A stretch of 64,000 nt of DNA from NCBI GenBank assembly GCA_029907315.1, contig JARYME010000001.1, positions 15,613 to 79,612 of the forward strand. Direction: 5' to 3'. Each line of letters starts with the position of its first letter. Position 1 is the first letter of the stretch. The DNA comes from Armatimonadota bacterium (lineage in GTDB: Bacteria; Armatimonadota; UBA5829). Below are positions 38,620 through 48,754 of the stretch, piece after piece. A model generated the notes under the pieces. The model worked only from the letters and a program-made list of their open reading frames with translations. It was not told where the DNA came from and did no database searches. The position numbers were made by a program, and so were the translations under genes.

Positions 38620-40563
38620 ATGCGTTCCATCGTCATAACGGCTATTCTCTGCATTTGCAATAGTGTTTGTGTCAGTGGTGCCGGCGGCTATGCGGTCTGG
38701 TTGTCATCGCATCCTCGGGCCATTGTTGCCAATGGAAACAGCTATGCAACAATCACCGCTGAAGCTCGCGATCCATATGGGAGAGTCGTTCCGGACGGCA
38801 CCATCATAGAGTTTACCACCACTCTTGGCGTTATTGAGACACACGCGCGCACAGCCGCAGGAGTGGCACGGGTCAAACTTGAAAGCGGCACCACCCCCGG
38901 CACAGCTGTAGTCTCTGCAGTGTTGGTGGATGGAGGCGCTGTAGCCCAGACTCGCGTCGACTTTCTGGAACCTGGAACTGAAGTTTTGGAGGAATCCTTC
39001 ATCACGGTATCTTCTTCGAGTTTTCTCGGTTATGATGTGGACCGCCGACTTGTCGACGGCGCGGGCGGAGTGCTGATTTACCACCGCGGACTCAAAATTC
39101 AGGCAGAAGATGCCCAGATCGACCTTAAAAACAACACCATACGTGCCAGGGCTCGCGTCGGCGGAGATCCTATAAAGGTCGAACGTGGCAGCAAGAGTCT
39201 CTCTGCGATGGCGCTGTGTTACGACGTTGATTCGATGTCCGGGTTGTTCATCGCTTTGCCAGATGAAGGATCAAGGCGCTTCCGCTTCCGCGGTCGAGAT
39301 TTGTTCACTGAGCCTGAGACGCCCAGCGTTCAAGAGCATCAGTCGATCGAGAAGCTGAGTTTTGACTTCCAACCTGTTGTCGAGAGCAAACTGTTTATTC
39401 GTTGCCGGAGCATGGTCATCAGGCCGGGTGTGGAGATTAAGTTTAAGCGGGCGAGCTACTATATAGACGGTGACAGGTTGGTAAGCGTGCCTTTGCACGT
39501 TGTATCCCTGCGAGACGATACGTCCGGTCTGGACCAAATGTTTGCCTGCGGTACTGACGGGGTGCGCTTGAACCTGCCTATATATTATCTACTTACGCCT
39601 ACCTCGACTGGCGCAATTAGGATCAAGCACTCAGAATCCGCAGGCTGGGGATATTATTCGGACAGGCAAGGTTGGGAAGTGGACGTAGACCACGACTACA
39701 ATTGGGCAAATTCGACGGACGGGCGTTTCTCGATTAACAGGGTGACATCCGGAGACTGGGGCATTCGGTGGAACCAACGCGCTGAGTTGGGGACAGACGC
39801 TCAGCTTTACACCTACCTGGATTTTCCTGCTCGCCGGAACCTGTACAGCACGGTTGATTACACACGCCGGATGCGGGATTACACATGGACGACAAGCGTG
39901 CGCGGCAGTAAGCTTCAAGGCATGGGCGCTAGGTATTCGACGTACACATATTTGCAGTCGCGCTGCAAGCCGCTAGTCGGTGATGCGGTTACGTACTCGG
40001 TGACGACCAGGCTTTCTTACGACAGTGGGCTCAGCGGCGGAGAGGAGAAGTTCGGTCAAGGCATCGGACTTCAGCTGTACGGGAAACCAATAATCCTTGG
40101 CCGGCGCGGATTCATCAATACCTCGGCCAACGTTTTCAGGGAGTGGGGCGGATCCAATCCTGGGGCAACACTGTTTGCAAACGTATCCATGTTCAGCAAT
40201 CTAGCAACCCGCGGTTCGTTTGTGCTCAACTACAGCTACTCTTGGGCGGACACTCACTACGCGTACAACTCGCAGCGTTTGAGCGCGCAAATCTCATTCA
40301 CGCCGGGGCGTCGCTGGACAGCAAGTGTGTATGCCGTTATCGGACTCGATGACGACACGGTAAGTGTGTTCAGTAAAATCGGCTGTTCGCTCGGAAAAGA
40401 CTGGCGGCTTAGTCTTTTGACCACCAGACAAGAACTTCTGTACGGAGTATTCTCAGACTTCGAAATCGCACTCAGCAGAACCCTCGGTCGCCAGGAAGCT
40501 GTGCTAGCATGGTCGCAATCACGGAGGCGTTTCAGATTCGAGGTAGCAGCTGCGACGTTCTAG
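38620..40563 (+). CDS. Secreted/outer-membrane protein: N-terminal Big_1-like Ig domain followed by LptD/OstA-like region and putative beta-barrel
   Basis: A signal peptide. An invasin/intimin-type Ig-like segment (NGNSYATITAEARDPYGRVVPDGTIIEFTTTLGVI). A C-terminal half rich in alternating aromatic and hydrophilic residues and ending in F, which is consistent with an OM beta-barrel. Confidence 0.4.
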   Translation: MRSIVITAILCICNSVCVSGAGGYAVWLSSHPRAIVANGNSYATITAEARDPYGRVVPDGTIIEFTTTLGVIETHARTAAGVARVKLESGTTPGTAVVSAVLVDGGAVAQTRVDFLEPGTEVLEESFITVSSSSFLGYDVDRRLVDGAGGVLIYHRGLKIQAEDAQIDLKNNTIRARARVGGDPIKVERGSKSLSAMALCYDVDSMSGLFIALPDEGSRRFRFRGRDLFTEPETPSVQEHQSIEKLSFDFQPVVESKLFIRCRSMVIRPGVEIKFKRASYYIDGDRLVSVPLHVVSLRDDTSGLDQMFACGTDGVRLNLPIYYLLTPTSTGAIRIKHSESAGWGYYSDRQGWEVDVDHDYNWANSTDGRFSINRVTSGDWGIRWNQRAELGTDAQLYTYLDFPARRNLYSTVDYTRRMRDYTWTTSVRGSKLQGMGARYSTYTYLQSRCKPLVGDAVTYSVTTRLSYDSGLSGGEEKFGQGIGLQLYGKPIILGRRGFINTSANVFREWGGSNPGATLFANVSMFSNLATRGSFVLNYSYSWADTHYAYNSQRLSAQISFTPGRRWTASVYAVIGLDDDTVSVFSKIGCSLGKDWRLSLLTTRQELLYGVFSDFEIALSRTLGRQEAVLAWSQSRRRFRFEVAAATF

Positions 40564-40618
40564 TCCGCAGGCATTGCACCGCTGGTCAGCAAGATATACA
40601 CGCCAATACTGGTGGCTG

Positions 40619-41362
40619 CTATTTTATACTCGCTTCGAGGCCTTCCGGGTCCAATATGACATTGACACTAGCGCGAAAGCGTACAGGATCTCGAACATAC
40701 GCAAGATAATCTTCAAGCCTTCTTCTCGCATTGACGCTGTTGTGTGCTAACACTATTCCGCCACTTGGTATCCGGTTATAACCAGCTTCCAGGATCTCCA
40801 AGTATATTCCCTTTCCCTTCTCGGGTGTTCCGTCGGCGTCGAGGTAAAGAAGGGATACCTCGTTGGGATAGGTGCGAAGAAAATCTACCGCGTCCGCTGC
40901 GACAACTCGCGCTTTACCTTCAGGGTCAATTTGTCTGATGTTTTGTTCCGCACGCGCCGCTTCAGCCGGCTTTATTTCTATACCCACGAGGTCATTCGCT
41001 TGATAGCAGGCTCCCGGACCCGCTGCAGCTCCTATGTTCAGCGCGAATGTAAAGCCGCAAAATATTCCGGCCGCCAGCACGGTGCGCGGCTGAGCAATAG
41101 CATTGATTGCCCACAATAGCCTTTGCACTCGTGGCGAGATTGCCGTCCAGGGGATGTCAAATGTTTGCTGTACCGCTTGGCGAAAGCGTAGGAATTGATC
41201 TGGATCGTAGTTTTTATGAGGTAGTATATTAGCATCCACCAAGACCGCTAGTGCTTCATCAACCACCCTGATTTCGTTCTCGATTGACTCCAGTTGAGCA
41301 AATGGCCGTCTGTAATCCATTCTATACTGCGCCCAGTCAGGCGCTCGATACTCAAAAACCAA
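40619..41362 (-). CDS. Class I SAM-dependent O-methyltransferase (O-MT family 3-like)
   Basis: A glycine-rich SAM motif region (VLAAGIFCGFTFALNIG) and LLYLDADG, which resembles the FIDADK motif of catechol-O-MT-like enzymes. Confidence 0.45.
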   Translation of the reverse strand: MVFEYRAPDWAQYRMDYRRPFAQLESIENEIRVVDEALAVLVDANILPHKNYDPDQFLRFRQAVQQTFDIPWTAISPRVQRLLWAINAIAQPRTVLAAGIFCGFTFALNIGAAAGPGACYQANDLVGIEIKPAEAARAEQNIRQIDPEGKARVVAADAVDFLRTYPNEVSLLYLDADGTPEKGKGIYLEILEAGYNRIPSGGIVLAHNSVNARRRLEDYLAYVRDPVRFRASVNVILDPEGLEASIK

Positions 41363-41389
41363 AGCAAAGCCTCCTGTAAGCTTGAGAAC

Positions 41390-44300
41390 CTAGTAGAGAA
41401 CCCTGACGGTGAGCGAATCACTACCCAGATCCGCGATTCTGACCGTCTCGCCGACGACGTCAAAATCGTTGTGCTCAATGCCGTTCACAAAGATTGACCG
41501 CATAGGCTTTCCTTCGGGGTGTCGTATACGAAGAACTATGGCTCGCGGTGTCATTCGCTTCGGCGGATAAATCGTAGCTTCTATGCAGTTGTCTTCCACC
41601 CGCGACACTATTTGGTAACTTACAGTGCCAAATTTTGTCGGGGCGTCTGTTACAGCGACAGTCATACCGTGCTTCATCCAATTGTTGGTTACCAGCGGTG
41701 CCAACCAAAGCTCGTCACCGTGTTCCATAACAAGCATAAACCTGGTCTGCTGCAGGAAGTAACCGGTTTCGTGCGTTTTGTTCCAGGCGCCGACGTTGTT
41801 GAAGTGCTCCCAGAACCACATGGTCTCAGTGTTTACCAAGCTGGCTAGGGTATTGAAGTACGATCTCACGAACGGCTTGACGTCGTTGCGCAGTGCATAA
41901 ATCTCAGCATTGCGGCAATAATAGGGCTGCATCTTCGCAAAACCGCCAAGGTTGAACCAATCTGCCTCCGACTTTTCAGCCGGATAATCATGCCAGCCGT
42001 CTTTTAGAAACTGAACATCCTCCATATGGTTTATCATGTCTTCCACTTCGCGGCTCGCGGGGTCGAGCAATCCCTGTGGGACCAACTGGTGGGCTCCGAG
42101 TTCGACGTCATAGGCCCAAGATCGGTTTGCGTCTTGCCCCGGGTAGTAATCAGCTGTCGGACCAAATGTGTAGACTTGTGCCGGATAACTTGGTACCCAA
42201 GTGCCGTCACGTAGTGGAACAACAGGCGCCGCGGACTGCGTCCAGTAATACGCCCGGCGAATCTCCTTACGAAATTCTTCGGCGTTCGCTGCTAAGCGTA
42301 CACCGTCAGGATGGCCCACCTCTGCAAGTGCCTGAGAAGCCCACTTGAGTCCCGCGTAGTAGTAACCTTCGAGACAGTAGTGATATGCATAAAGGCCCCA
42401 GTCAGCGAGCACACCGGGAGGCACAAGACCATATTCTGGAACCTTTTGGCCGCATGGGTCCAGCCGCTTAGTTTTTTCACGCTGTGCCGTGATCCAGTTG
42501 CATACCTTTGCAACTTCCGGGGCAACATTTCTCATCCAACCCTCATCGCGATAAAGCTCGTAGAACTTTCCCAATGACCAAAGATGCCAGCCGGTGCCTA
42601 CCAGGGTGTACCCTGTTGTTAAGTAGCCTTCGGGACTATAGCGATGAATGAAAAAGTCGAGCGAACGCCTAGTAAATTCTTCGAAACCCATCAAACACAT
42701 GCCCATGATTATGGAATTTGCCTCGCTTTCTAAAGGACCGTAGGCCATCGAAGCAATCCAAGGGGCAATCCTTAAACCATTTTCTTCGTTCCGAGCTGCG
42801 ACTAGGCAGTACACAATCGATGCTCGAATCAGGTTTCTGAGAAACTCGTCCGGAACCTCGAAACGCATACCAGATGAAAGCAGACGGTTCCAGTAACTTT
42901 CTACGCGTTCTATCAAGTCCTGCTCTTTAGCGAACTGAGTCCAATCGTCCGGTTCCATTTTCCAACCAGGAATAAACAGCCTACATGTCGCCTTCGATTT
43001 GCCGGCTATTTTTCCCATCAAATTTACTGCAGAGCCGTTTATTTGAAGCTGCAGATACTCAGCGGATGGCTTCTCCAGGAATGCCACAAGTCTTCCGTCT
43101 ACCACTGCTGCCACACCACCCGATTTCTCTGCCAATCCCATGGGTTTATGTTCCAATCGATCAGCGAGGAACTCAAAAGCAACAAGCACGTCGGCTGGTT
43201 CCGTTGTAGGGTTCTCAATGGTGAGTTCGCTTACACACAACGGGTTTTGGGAGAGCCACTCGATGTGTACTGGTTGACCCCTTTTGCCGAACGGGGTCAC
43301 GAAACTGCGCTGAGTGTACTTGATATTGCCGTCTCCAAATTCGATTACCGGAGCAGGCAGCCAACCGTTGTGGAGGTACCTCCTCAGAACGTTACTGCCG
43401 CTTCTGCCGAATGCAGGTGCGACCTGAGCCCTGTATGCTGCTCCACTTGGAGGACGGTCTGCCGGTTGATCGAGTTCAAGAGGGAACTGGATCGCGCCAT
43501 CTCTCGTTACGACGAATTTGAGATTGTCGCACGCCAGGGATACCATTGCCGGGCCCATACTCTGGACAGGATTACGGGTCTTTGCCAGCGCTTGTGAGAG
43601 GGTTTGGTCCGGCATTTGGCGTACGCGCTGTAGAATGGTTTTTCGACCCTCGATACTTTTCTTGTATTCCTCAAGGGTAGGCGCATCGGCTCCGCACGAG
43701 ACGAAAACACCTGCCTCTCGAACGTACACACAACCGTTTAGCATCAAGTCGTCGACGGCAACCCCGAACGAGCGATCGGGCATATTGAACCTTAGAACTG
43801 TTCGATCTGATTTCCACGGTCGCGGCTTAGAGTAACGCACTTGCGTCTGCAGAGGGCTATCCGTGTTCCATGTGAGTTCGGTCGTTAGTGTGCCGTCAGA
43901 CACAAAAGCTCCGTTATAGACCTTGATACCAACAGGCTTTACCTGTCGAGATATTTCGCTCACAAAAACGATGTTTGTGTCTCCCCATCGAGAATTTGTG
44001 AACGCCCACAATCGTCTTACAATTGGTGCACCAGGTTTCCCGGTTATCAGCCACCTGATCTTCCGCGTTCCTTCTCGAAGTGCGGGGTCAAGGCGGTAGT
44101 CAATCCTTATACGAAAAGAGCTATCACTCTCCGGCACGACCTTACTCGTGAGTGGTTTCCACTCGCCTTGCCACCACGACTGTCCAACCCAGTACTCCGC
44201 AGATACGTTTTCTGAAGAAGTCGGTTCAGACAGTTCCACGCCGATTTCTTTGAGTCTTCGATCTTCAACCCAGACCAAGCCGATGCATGCCGTGCCGGAA

Positions 44301-45040
44301 TAATACGGCGCAGTCCAGGTTCCATCCGGATTGCTGTTCAATTGCTGCTCAAGAAAAACGTCTTCTGCCGGAAACTCCTGTATGCGGGATGCGAGAGTTC
44401 CACACTTCCGATTGGGATCAGATGTAACCACTGTGCCGAACTGTGCCACATCAAGAGGCCGAGTGGGCGGTTCGAGCGATTTGCTGCTCTTGGTCGATAT
44501 CAACTTAGCATCGGCCCAGTTGGCACAGTCGCAAGTTATGCCGTCGCCCCCGTCAGTCACGACCAGGCGCAGTTCGGACGCTCCTGAGGTTGGTATCCTG
44601 ATGTGTTTCGGTTCGTCCGTTTCGCGAATCAGACCTGAGTCATATCGCACCTCATCGTCAACGAAAACCTGGAATACCACTGAGCCGATGTTGCTGCCTT
44701 GCCACTGCACTCCAATTTCTGCTTCGAAGTAATCATATTCACCGTTCAGGTCGACGATTATTTCGCCCGGGGCGTGATGCCCAATACCCTTGTCGTATTC
44801 TTTGTTCGCGATTCGCAGCTTCGCTGGAGCTTGACCTGCTACACTAGCCGCCTTGTCGATACCAAGCTCACCCCATCCTTGCCTTACATACAAAAACCTA
44901 TGTTGAATATCGCTGAGGTAATCTGCACGTGAATCACTGGTCGAGCCTTGTACAGAGTTCATTGCTGATACTATGCCTCCGAATGCGGCAATTGTCGCGG
45001 CGACTTTACGCCACCGAGCAGCGGTTTTCATCGCGTGCAA
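41390..45040 (-). CDS. Large (1216 aa) secreted glycoside hydrolase with N-terminal NPCBM (NEW2) carbohydrate-binding domain and (alpha/alpha)6-like catalytic region
   Basis: A signal peptide. An NPCBM-like block (KGIGHHAPGEIIVDLNGEYDYFEAEIGVQW ... GSVVFQVFVDDEV). The long C-terminal region has six-hairpin-glycosidase-like helical repeats. Confidence 0.5.
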   Translation of the reverse strand: MHAMKTAARWRKVAATIAAFGGIVSAMNSVQGSTSDSRADYLSDIQHRFLYVRQGWGELGIDKAASVAGQAPAKLRIANKEYDKGIGHHAPGEIIVDLNGEYDYFEAEIGVQWQGSNIGSVVFQVFVDDEVRYDSGLIRETDEPKHIRIPTSGASELRLVVTDGGDGITCDCANWADAKLISTKSSKSLEPPTRPLDVAQFGTVVTSDPNRKCGTLASRIQEFPAEDVFLEQQLNSNPDGTWTAPYYSGTACIGLVWVEDRRLKEIGVELSEPTSSENVSAEYWVGQSWWQGEWKPLTSKVVPESDSSFRIRIDYRLDPALREGTRKIRWLITGKPGAPIVRRLWAFTNSRWGDTNIVFVSEISRQVKPVGIKVYNGAFVSDGTLTTELTWNTDSPLQTQVRYSKPRPWKSDRTVLRFNMPDRSFGVAVDDLMLNGCVYVREAGVFVSCGADAPTLEEYKKSIEGRKTILQRVRQMPDQTLSQALAKTRNPVQSMGPAMVSLACDNLKFVVTRDGAIQFPLELDQPADRPPSGAAYRAQVAPAFGRSGSNVLRRYLHNGWLPAPVIEFGDGNIKYTQRSFVTPFGKRGQPVHIEWLSQNPLCVSELTIENPTTEPADVLVAFEFLADRLEHKPMGLAEKSGGVAAVVDGRLVAFLEKPSAEYLQLQINGSAVNLMGKIAGKSKATCRLFIPGWKMEPDDWTQFAKEQDLIERVESYWNRLLSSGMRFEVPDEFLRNLIRASIVYCLVAARNEENGLRIAPWIASMAYGPLESEANSIIMGMCLMGFEEFTRRSLDFFIHRYSPEGYLTTGYTLVGTGWHLWSLGKFYELYRDEGWMRNVAPEVAKVCNWITAQREKTKRLDPCGQKVPEYGLVPPGVLADWGLYAYHYCLEGYYYAGLKWASQALAEVGHPDGVRLAANAEEFRKEIRRAYYWTQSAAPVVPLRDGTWVPSYPAQVYTFGPTADYYPGQDANRSWAYDVELGAHQLVPQGLLDPASREVEDMINHMEDVQFLKDGWHDYPAEKSEADWFNLGGFAKMQPYYCRNAEIYALRNDVKPFVRSYFNTLASLVNTETMWFWEHFNNVGAWNKTHETGYFLQQTRFMLVMEHGDELWLAPLVTNNWMKHGMTVAVTDAPTKFGTVSYQIVSRVEDNCIEATIYPPKRMTPRAIVLRIRHPEGKPMRSIFVNGIEHNDFDVVGETVRIADLGSDSLTVRVLY

Positions 45041-45125
45041 TTATGAACCATAGCATTCGGCGAGTCAAGCTGAAGGACCCGTTGCTACTCAGGAATAATC
45101 CTAACCTTGAGAGGAGGCCGCGCAC

Positions 45126-47219
45126 TTGATTGTATTACGGGTGACATTGGTGATCTTGCTACTAGCGAGCACTGCGCGGAATGTTGAGGCTATGGATCTA
45201 GAGGTAGGCCCCGTTGCAGATCAGCGATTCTCCCTGGTTAGGCATCTCAACATGGAGTACGATGTCTCAAAGATGGCTTCACAGTACAAAACCCGCGAGG
45301 AGTGGGAAAAGCGCGCTAGAGAGATTCGCGAGCAGATACTGGGTGCTGCAGGGTTGTTGCCGATGCCGAGGAGATGCCTGCTGAATGCTCGCATTTTCGG
45401 CAGGATCGATCATGGAGATTACACAGTCGAGAAGGCGTATTTCGAAAGCTACCCCGGCTTCTACTGTACAGGGAATCTCTATCGTCCTAAAGGCAAAGGT
45501 CCCTTCCCCGGAGTCTTAAATACGCACGGCCACTGGGCTGAAGGACGCTTTGTGGATAATGAGAGTAGCTCCATACCAACCCGTGCTGCCAACTTGGCTA
45601 AACAGGGTTACGTCGTCTTCTCATACGATATGATAGGCTTCAACGACAGCAAGCAAGTTACTATCCCGGAAAAGCACGACGCTTTGGGCGATCGCCGCAA
45701 TCGTCTCTGGGGGATCAGTCTTGGCGGGTTGCAGACCTGGAACTCTATCAGGGCCATCGATTTTTTGCAATCTTTACCTGATGTAGATCCAGCTCGAATA
45801 GCGGTTACGGGAGCTTCCGGCGGCGGTACACAGACATTTCTGGTTACGGCGGTTGATGATCGAGTAACCGTGTCAGCGCCTGTATGCATGGTTTCAGCCC
45901 ATATGCAAGGCGGCTGTCGGTGCGAGAATCTCCCGAACTTGCGTATCGATACAAACAACGTGGAGATTACGGCTACTGCTGCTCCAAGACCGTTGTTTCT
46001 AGTTGCTGCCACCGGTGATTGGACAAAGAATACGCTGGAAATCGAGTGCCCTGCAATTAGGTCGATTTATAAGTTGTTCGGAGCCGAAGACAAACTTGCC
46101 TGCGTACGGTTCGAAGCGGGGCATAACTACAACAAGAATAGCCGCGAAGCTGTCTACACGTTCTTTGCAAAATGGCTGAAGAACTCTGATTTAACTTATG
46201 TTAAAGAAGAGGCAGTAAAGTTAGACAGTAAAACGGATTTGCTTTGCTTCCCCGATGGAAAACTGCCAGAGGGTTCGCTTGCTCCGGACGAAATAACCAA
46301 TCAACTAATGAAAGAGTCTGAAAAGCAGCTTGTGGAAAACCTTCCGAAAGACGAAGATACTCTCGCTCGTTTTCGCAAGTTATATGAGCCTGCTTTAAGA
46401 ACCGCGTTGGCGATTCCTTCTCGGTTTGCACCGACTGTTGAGCTACGCGGCGAACTCCTCTTAGATGGTATTACGGTACGAAAGATAGTAATCCGAGACA
46501 GCATACGAGAAGCTCAAATACCAGCTCTAGTTTTCCTACCACAGCATTACGCCGGCGACGGAACACCTCTACAAGTAGCACTCTTGGTGCACGAACACGG
46601 CAAGGTCGCCTTCTTGTCTGCCGACGGTAGGGCTCCGGGTGAGCTTGTTAAGGGTTTGATTGAGAAAGGTTGGTGCGTGATCGCTGTCGACGTATTCAAT
46701 ACGGGAGAACACACTGCCCCGGAAGGATCGCCGGAGCGCAACTTTGATAAAGATTTCTTCGACACATATAACCGCACCGATACTGCTGAGCGAGTCTACG
46801 ATATCGTGCTTACTTTGAAGTTGGTTCGTTCAAACGCTTTCTGTGCGGTCAGCGGCCGCCGAGAGCCTGGAAAGGTGGCGATCGCCGGCTTGGGCAAAGC
46901 TGGTTTGTGGTGTTTGTTGGCAGCACCATTTTCGGAGGTTGACAGACTTGCCGTGGACGTGGTCGGTATCGACGTCTCCAACGATAAGGTTCTACTGGAC
47001 GATTACTATGTTCCGTGTCTGCGCCGAGCCGGGGACTTTCGAACGGCGGTTGCTTTAACTGCTCCAACGAATCTTCTTATTTACAATACGCAGGGCAGGT
47101 TCGACACTTCTTGGGCTGTAGCGGCATATAGCGCGGCAGCTTCCCAAGAGAGGCTGCAGATATTACAGGACAAACCTGCTGAGAAAGAGATCGCTGCGTG
47201 GTTGTGTGGCAACTGGTAG
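45126..47219 (+). CDS. Secreted tandem alpha/beta-hydrolase (carbohydrate-esterase-like); first domain with GxSxG nucleophile, second domain degenerate
   Basis: A signal peptide. Domain 1 has RIAVTGASGGGTQTFLV, a nucleophile elbow. The aligned segment of domain 2, KVAIAGLGKAGLWCLLA, lacks the Ser. Confidence 0.55.
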   Translation: MIVLRVTLVILLLASTARNVEAMDLEVGPVADQRFSLVRHLNMEYDVSKMASQYKTREEWEKRAREIREQILGAAGLLPMPRRCLLNARIFGRIDHGDYTVEKAYFESYPGFYCTGNLYRPKGKGPFPGVLNTHGHWAEGRFVDNESSSIPTRAANLAKQGYVVFSYDMIGFNDSKQVTIPEKHDALGDRRNRLWGISLGGLQTWNSIRAIDFLQSLPDVDPARIAVTGASGGGTQTFLVTAVDDRVTVSAPVCMVSAHMQGGCRCENLPNLRIDTNNVEITATAAPRPLFLVAATGDWTKNTLEIECPAIRSIYKLFGAEDKLACVRFEAGHNYNKNSREAVYTFFAKWLKNSDLTYVKEEAVKLDSKTDLLCFPDGKLPEGSLAPDEITNQLMKESEKQLVENLPKDEDTLARFRKLYEPALRTALAIPSRFAPTVELRGELLLDGITVRKIVIRDSIREAQIPALVFLPQHYAGDGTPLQVALLVHEHGKVAFLSADGRAPGELVKGLIEKGWCVIAVDVFNTGEHTAPEGSPERNFDKDFFDTYNRTDTAERVYDIVLTLKLVRSNAFCAVSGRREPGKVAIAGLGKAGLWCLLAAPFSEVDRLAVDVVGIDVSNDKVLLDDYYVPCLRRAGDFRTAVALTAPTNLLIYNTQGRFDTSWAVAAYSAAASQERLQILQDKPAEKEIAAWLCGNW

Positions 47220-47278
47220 GTGCGGTGACAGAGCTTAAGAGAGACCTGGATCGATCAAGGTGAACGAGGTGTTGGTTT

Positions 47279-48745
47279 ATGATTCAAGCAGTCGGCAGTC
47301 TAATCGTTGGTGCTATGCCTGCTGGAGCTGATCCGAGCATTCCGCGAATGGTAGAACTCGATCCAGTGCTCGTGGCGGGTCCTCCATTCCGGAGGTTGTT
47401 CTTAGATGCGATGGTCGTTGAAGAATCGCAAGGTTTGGAGCGCGTCTTTCACACGGCGGAGAAATATGAGGGTAACCCTGTCTTCGTAAAGGAGCGGCCC
47501 TGGGAAGGGTGGGGGCCATTGTGCGGCGGTACAGTGATAAGGGATGGGGACAAGCTTCGGATGTATTATTACTGCATTTCCGACCATGAGCCGACAAAGT
47601 GCTGTGTTGCAGAGTCTGAAGATGGCCTGCACTGGACCCGTCCCGTTGTTGGCGACGTTGAATGGCACGGTTCAAAAGAGAACAACATCATCACCGGTGG
47701 CACACAGGTTATCAAGCTGGCGCATCCCAAATCACCTGAGCGCACTTGGGTGAGTCTTCACAACACCGGACTACGGTTCTCCGCGGACGGACTGCATTGG
47801 TCTGAAAAGGAGCCGCGGGATGGTCCTGAGCTTTTCTCATCATCGGACGTGCAGAACTACTTCTATGATCCTTACAACAACCGGATAGCCTGTACTTGGA
47901 AGTGTTCTAGTCGCCGTCACAGGTCCTGCGGCATCGTTTGGACGGAGGATCTCAAAACGTGGGTTAAGCCGGTCGATGGCCCGGTTTTTACCGCGGACGA
48001 CCTCGATCCAGACGCGACCCAGATTTATGGCATGCCTGTTTTTGCTTATCAAGGAATGTACATCGGTATACCCGCCATTTATCACGCACGGTGGATAAAA
48101 TACGGAAGGTATACATCGCCGCAGGTGATGTACGAAGCGCAGGAAGGCAGCCCCCGCACGATAGACGCACAACTTGCTTGGACGTGGGACTTTATCAACT
48201 GGACTCGAACACCGAAGCGCGAACCCTTTATTGCCAACTCGCCGTACCACGCATACGACAGCGGTATGCTATTGGTCTCGCGGGCGCCGGTTGTTATGGG
48301 CGACGAGCTGTGGTTCTACTACAGCGCAGCCGATCAAATACACGAAGACTATAAGGGTATAACATGCTCAGTCGCTTTGGCGAAACTGCGATTGGATGGG
48401 TTCTGTTCGATGCGAGGCGGCGACGAAGAAGGGTGGCTCATATCGAGACGCGAGGTGTTCAATACCCCCAAAGTTTACATCAATGCAAAATGCAAACCTG
48501 GTGGATATGTTGCGGCGGAGCTACTGGATAGGCACAACAACGTGATTCCTGGGTTCGAGTGGTACTACTCGAATGCATTCACAGGCGACTCAATCTGTGC
48601 CGAATTGACATGGAAGACAACAGCATTCCCTCCAGATCTCATAGACAAAGATAAGAAAATCAGGTTTCGTATCCGGAATGCTGATCTCTACTCGTATTTG
48701 CCCGCTGACATCAATACAACCATTGACGATGGGTGGCCGGATTAA
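47279..48745 (+). CDS. Hypothetical beta-propeller glycosidase-like protein (GH43/GH32/GH130-superfamily-like), low confidence
   Basis: 488 aa with repeated W/Y-rich blade-like segments (GNPVFVKERPWEGWGP, HWTRPVVGD, GLHWSEKEP, TWVKPVDGPVF). Confidence 0.3.
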   Translation: MIQAVGSLIVGAMPAGADPSIPRMVELDPVLVAGPPFRRLFLDAMVVEESQGLERVFHTAEKYEGNPVFVKERPWEGWGPLCGGTVIRDGDKLRMYYYCISDHEPTKCCVAESEDGLHWTRPVVGDVEWHGSKENNIITGGTQVIKLAHPKSPERTWVSLHNTGLRFSADGLHWSEKEPRDGPELFSSSDVQNYFYDPYNNRIACTWKCSSRRHRSCGIVWTEDLKTWVKPVDGPVFTADDLDPDATQIYGMPVFAYQGMYIGIPAIYHARWIKYGRYTSPQVMYEAQEGSPRTIDAQLAWTWDFINWTRTPKREPFIANSPYHAYDSGMLLVSRAPVVMGDELWFYYSAADQIHEDYKGITCSVALAKLRLDGFCSMRGGDEEGWLISRREVFNTPKVYINAKCKPGGYVAAELLDRHNNVIPGFEWYYSNAFTGDSICAELTWKTTAFPPDLIDKDKKIRFRIRNADLYSYLPADINTTIDDGWPD

Positions 48746-48754
48746 CCTAAGGCT

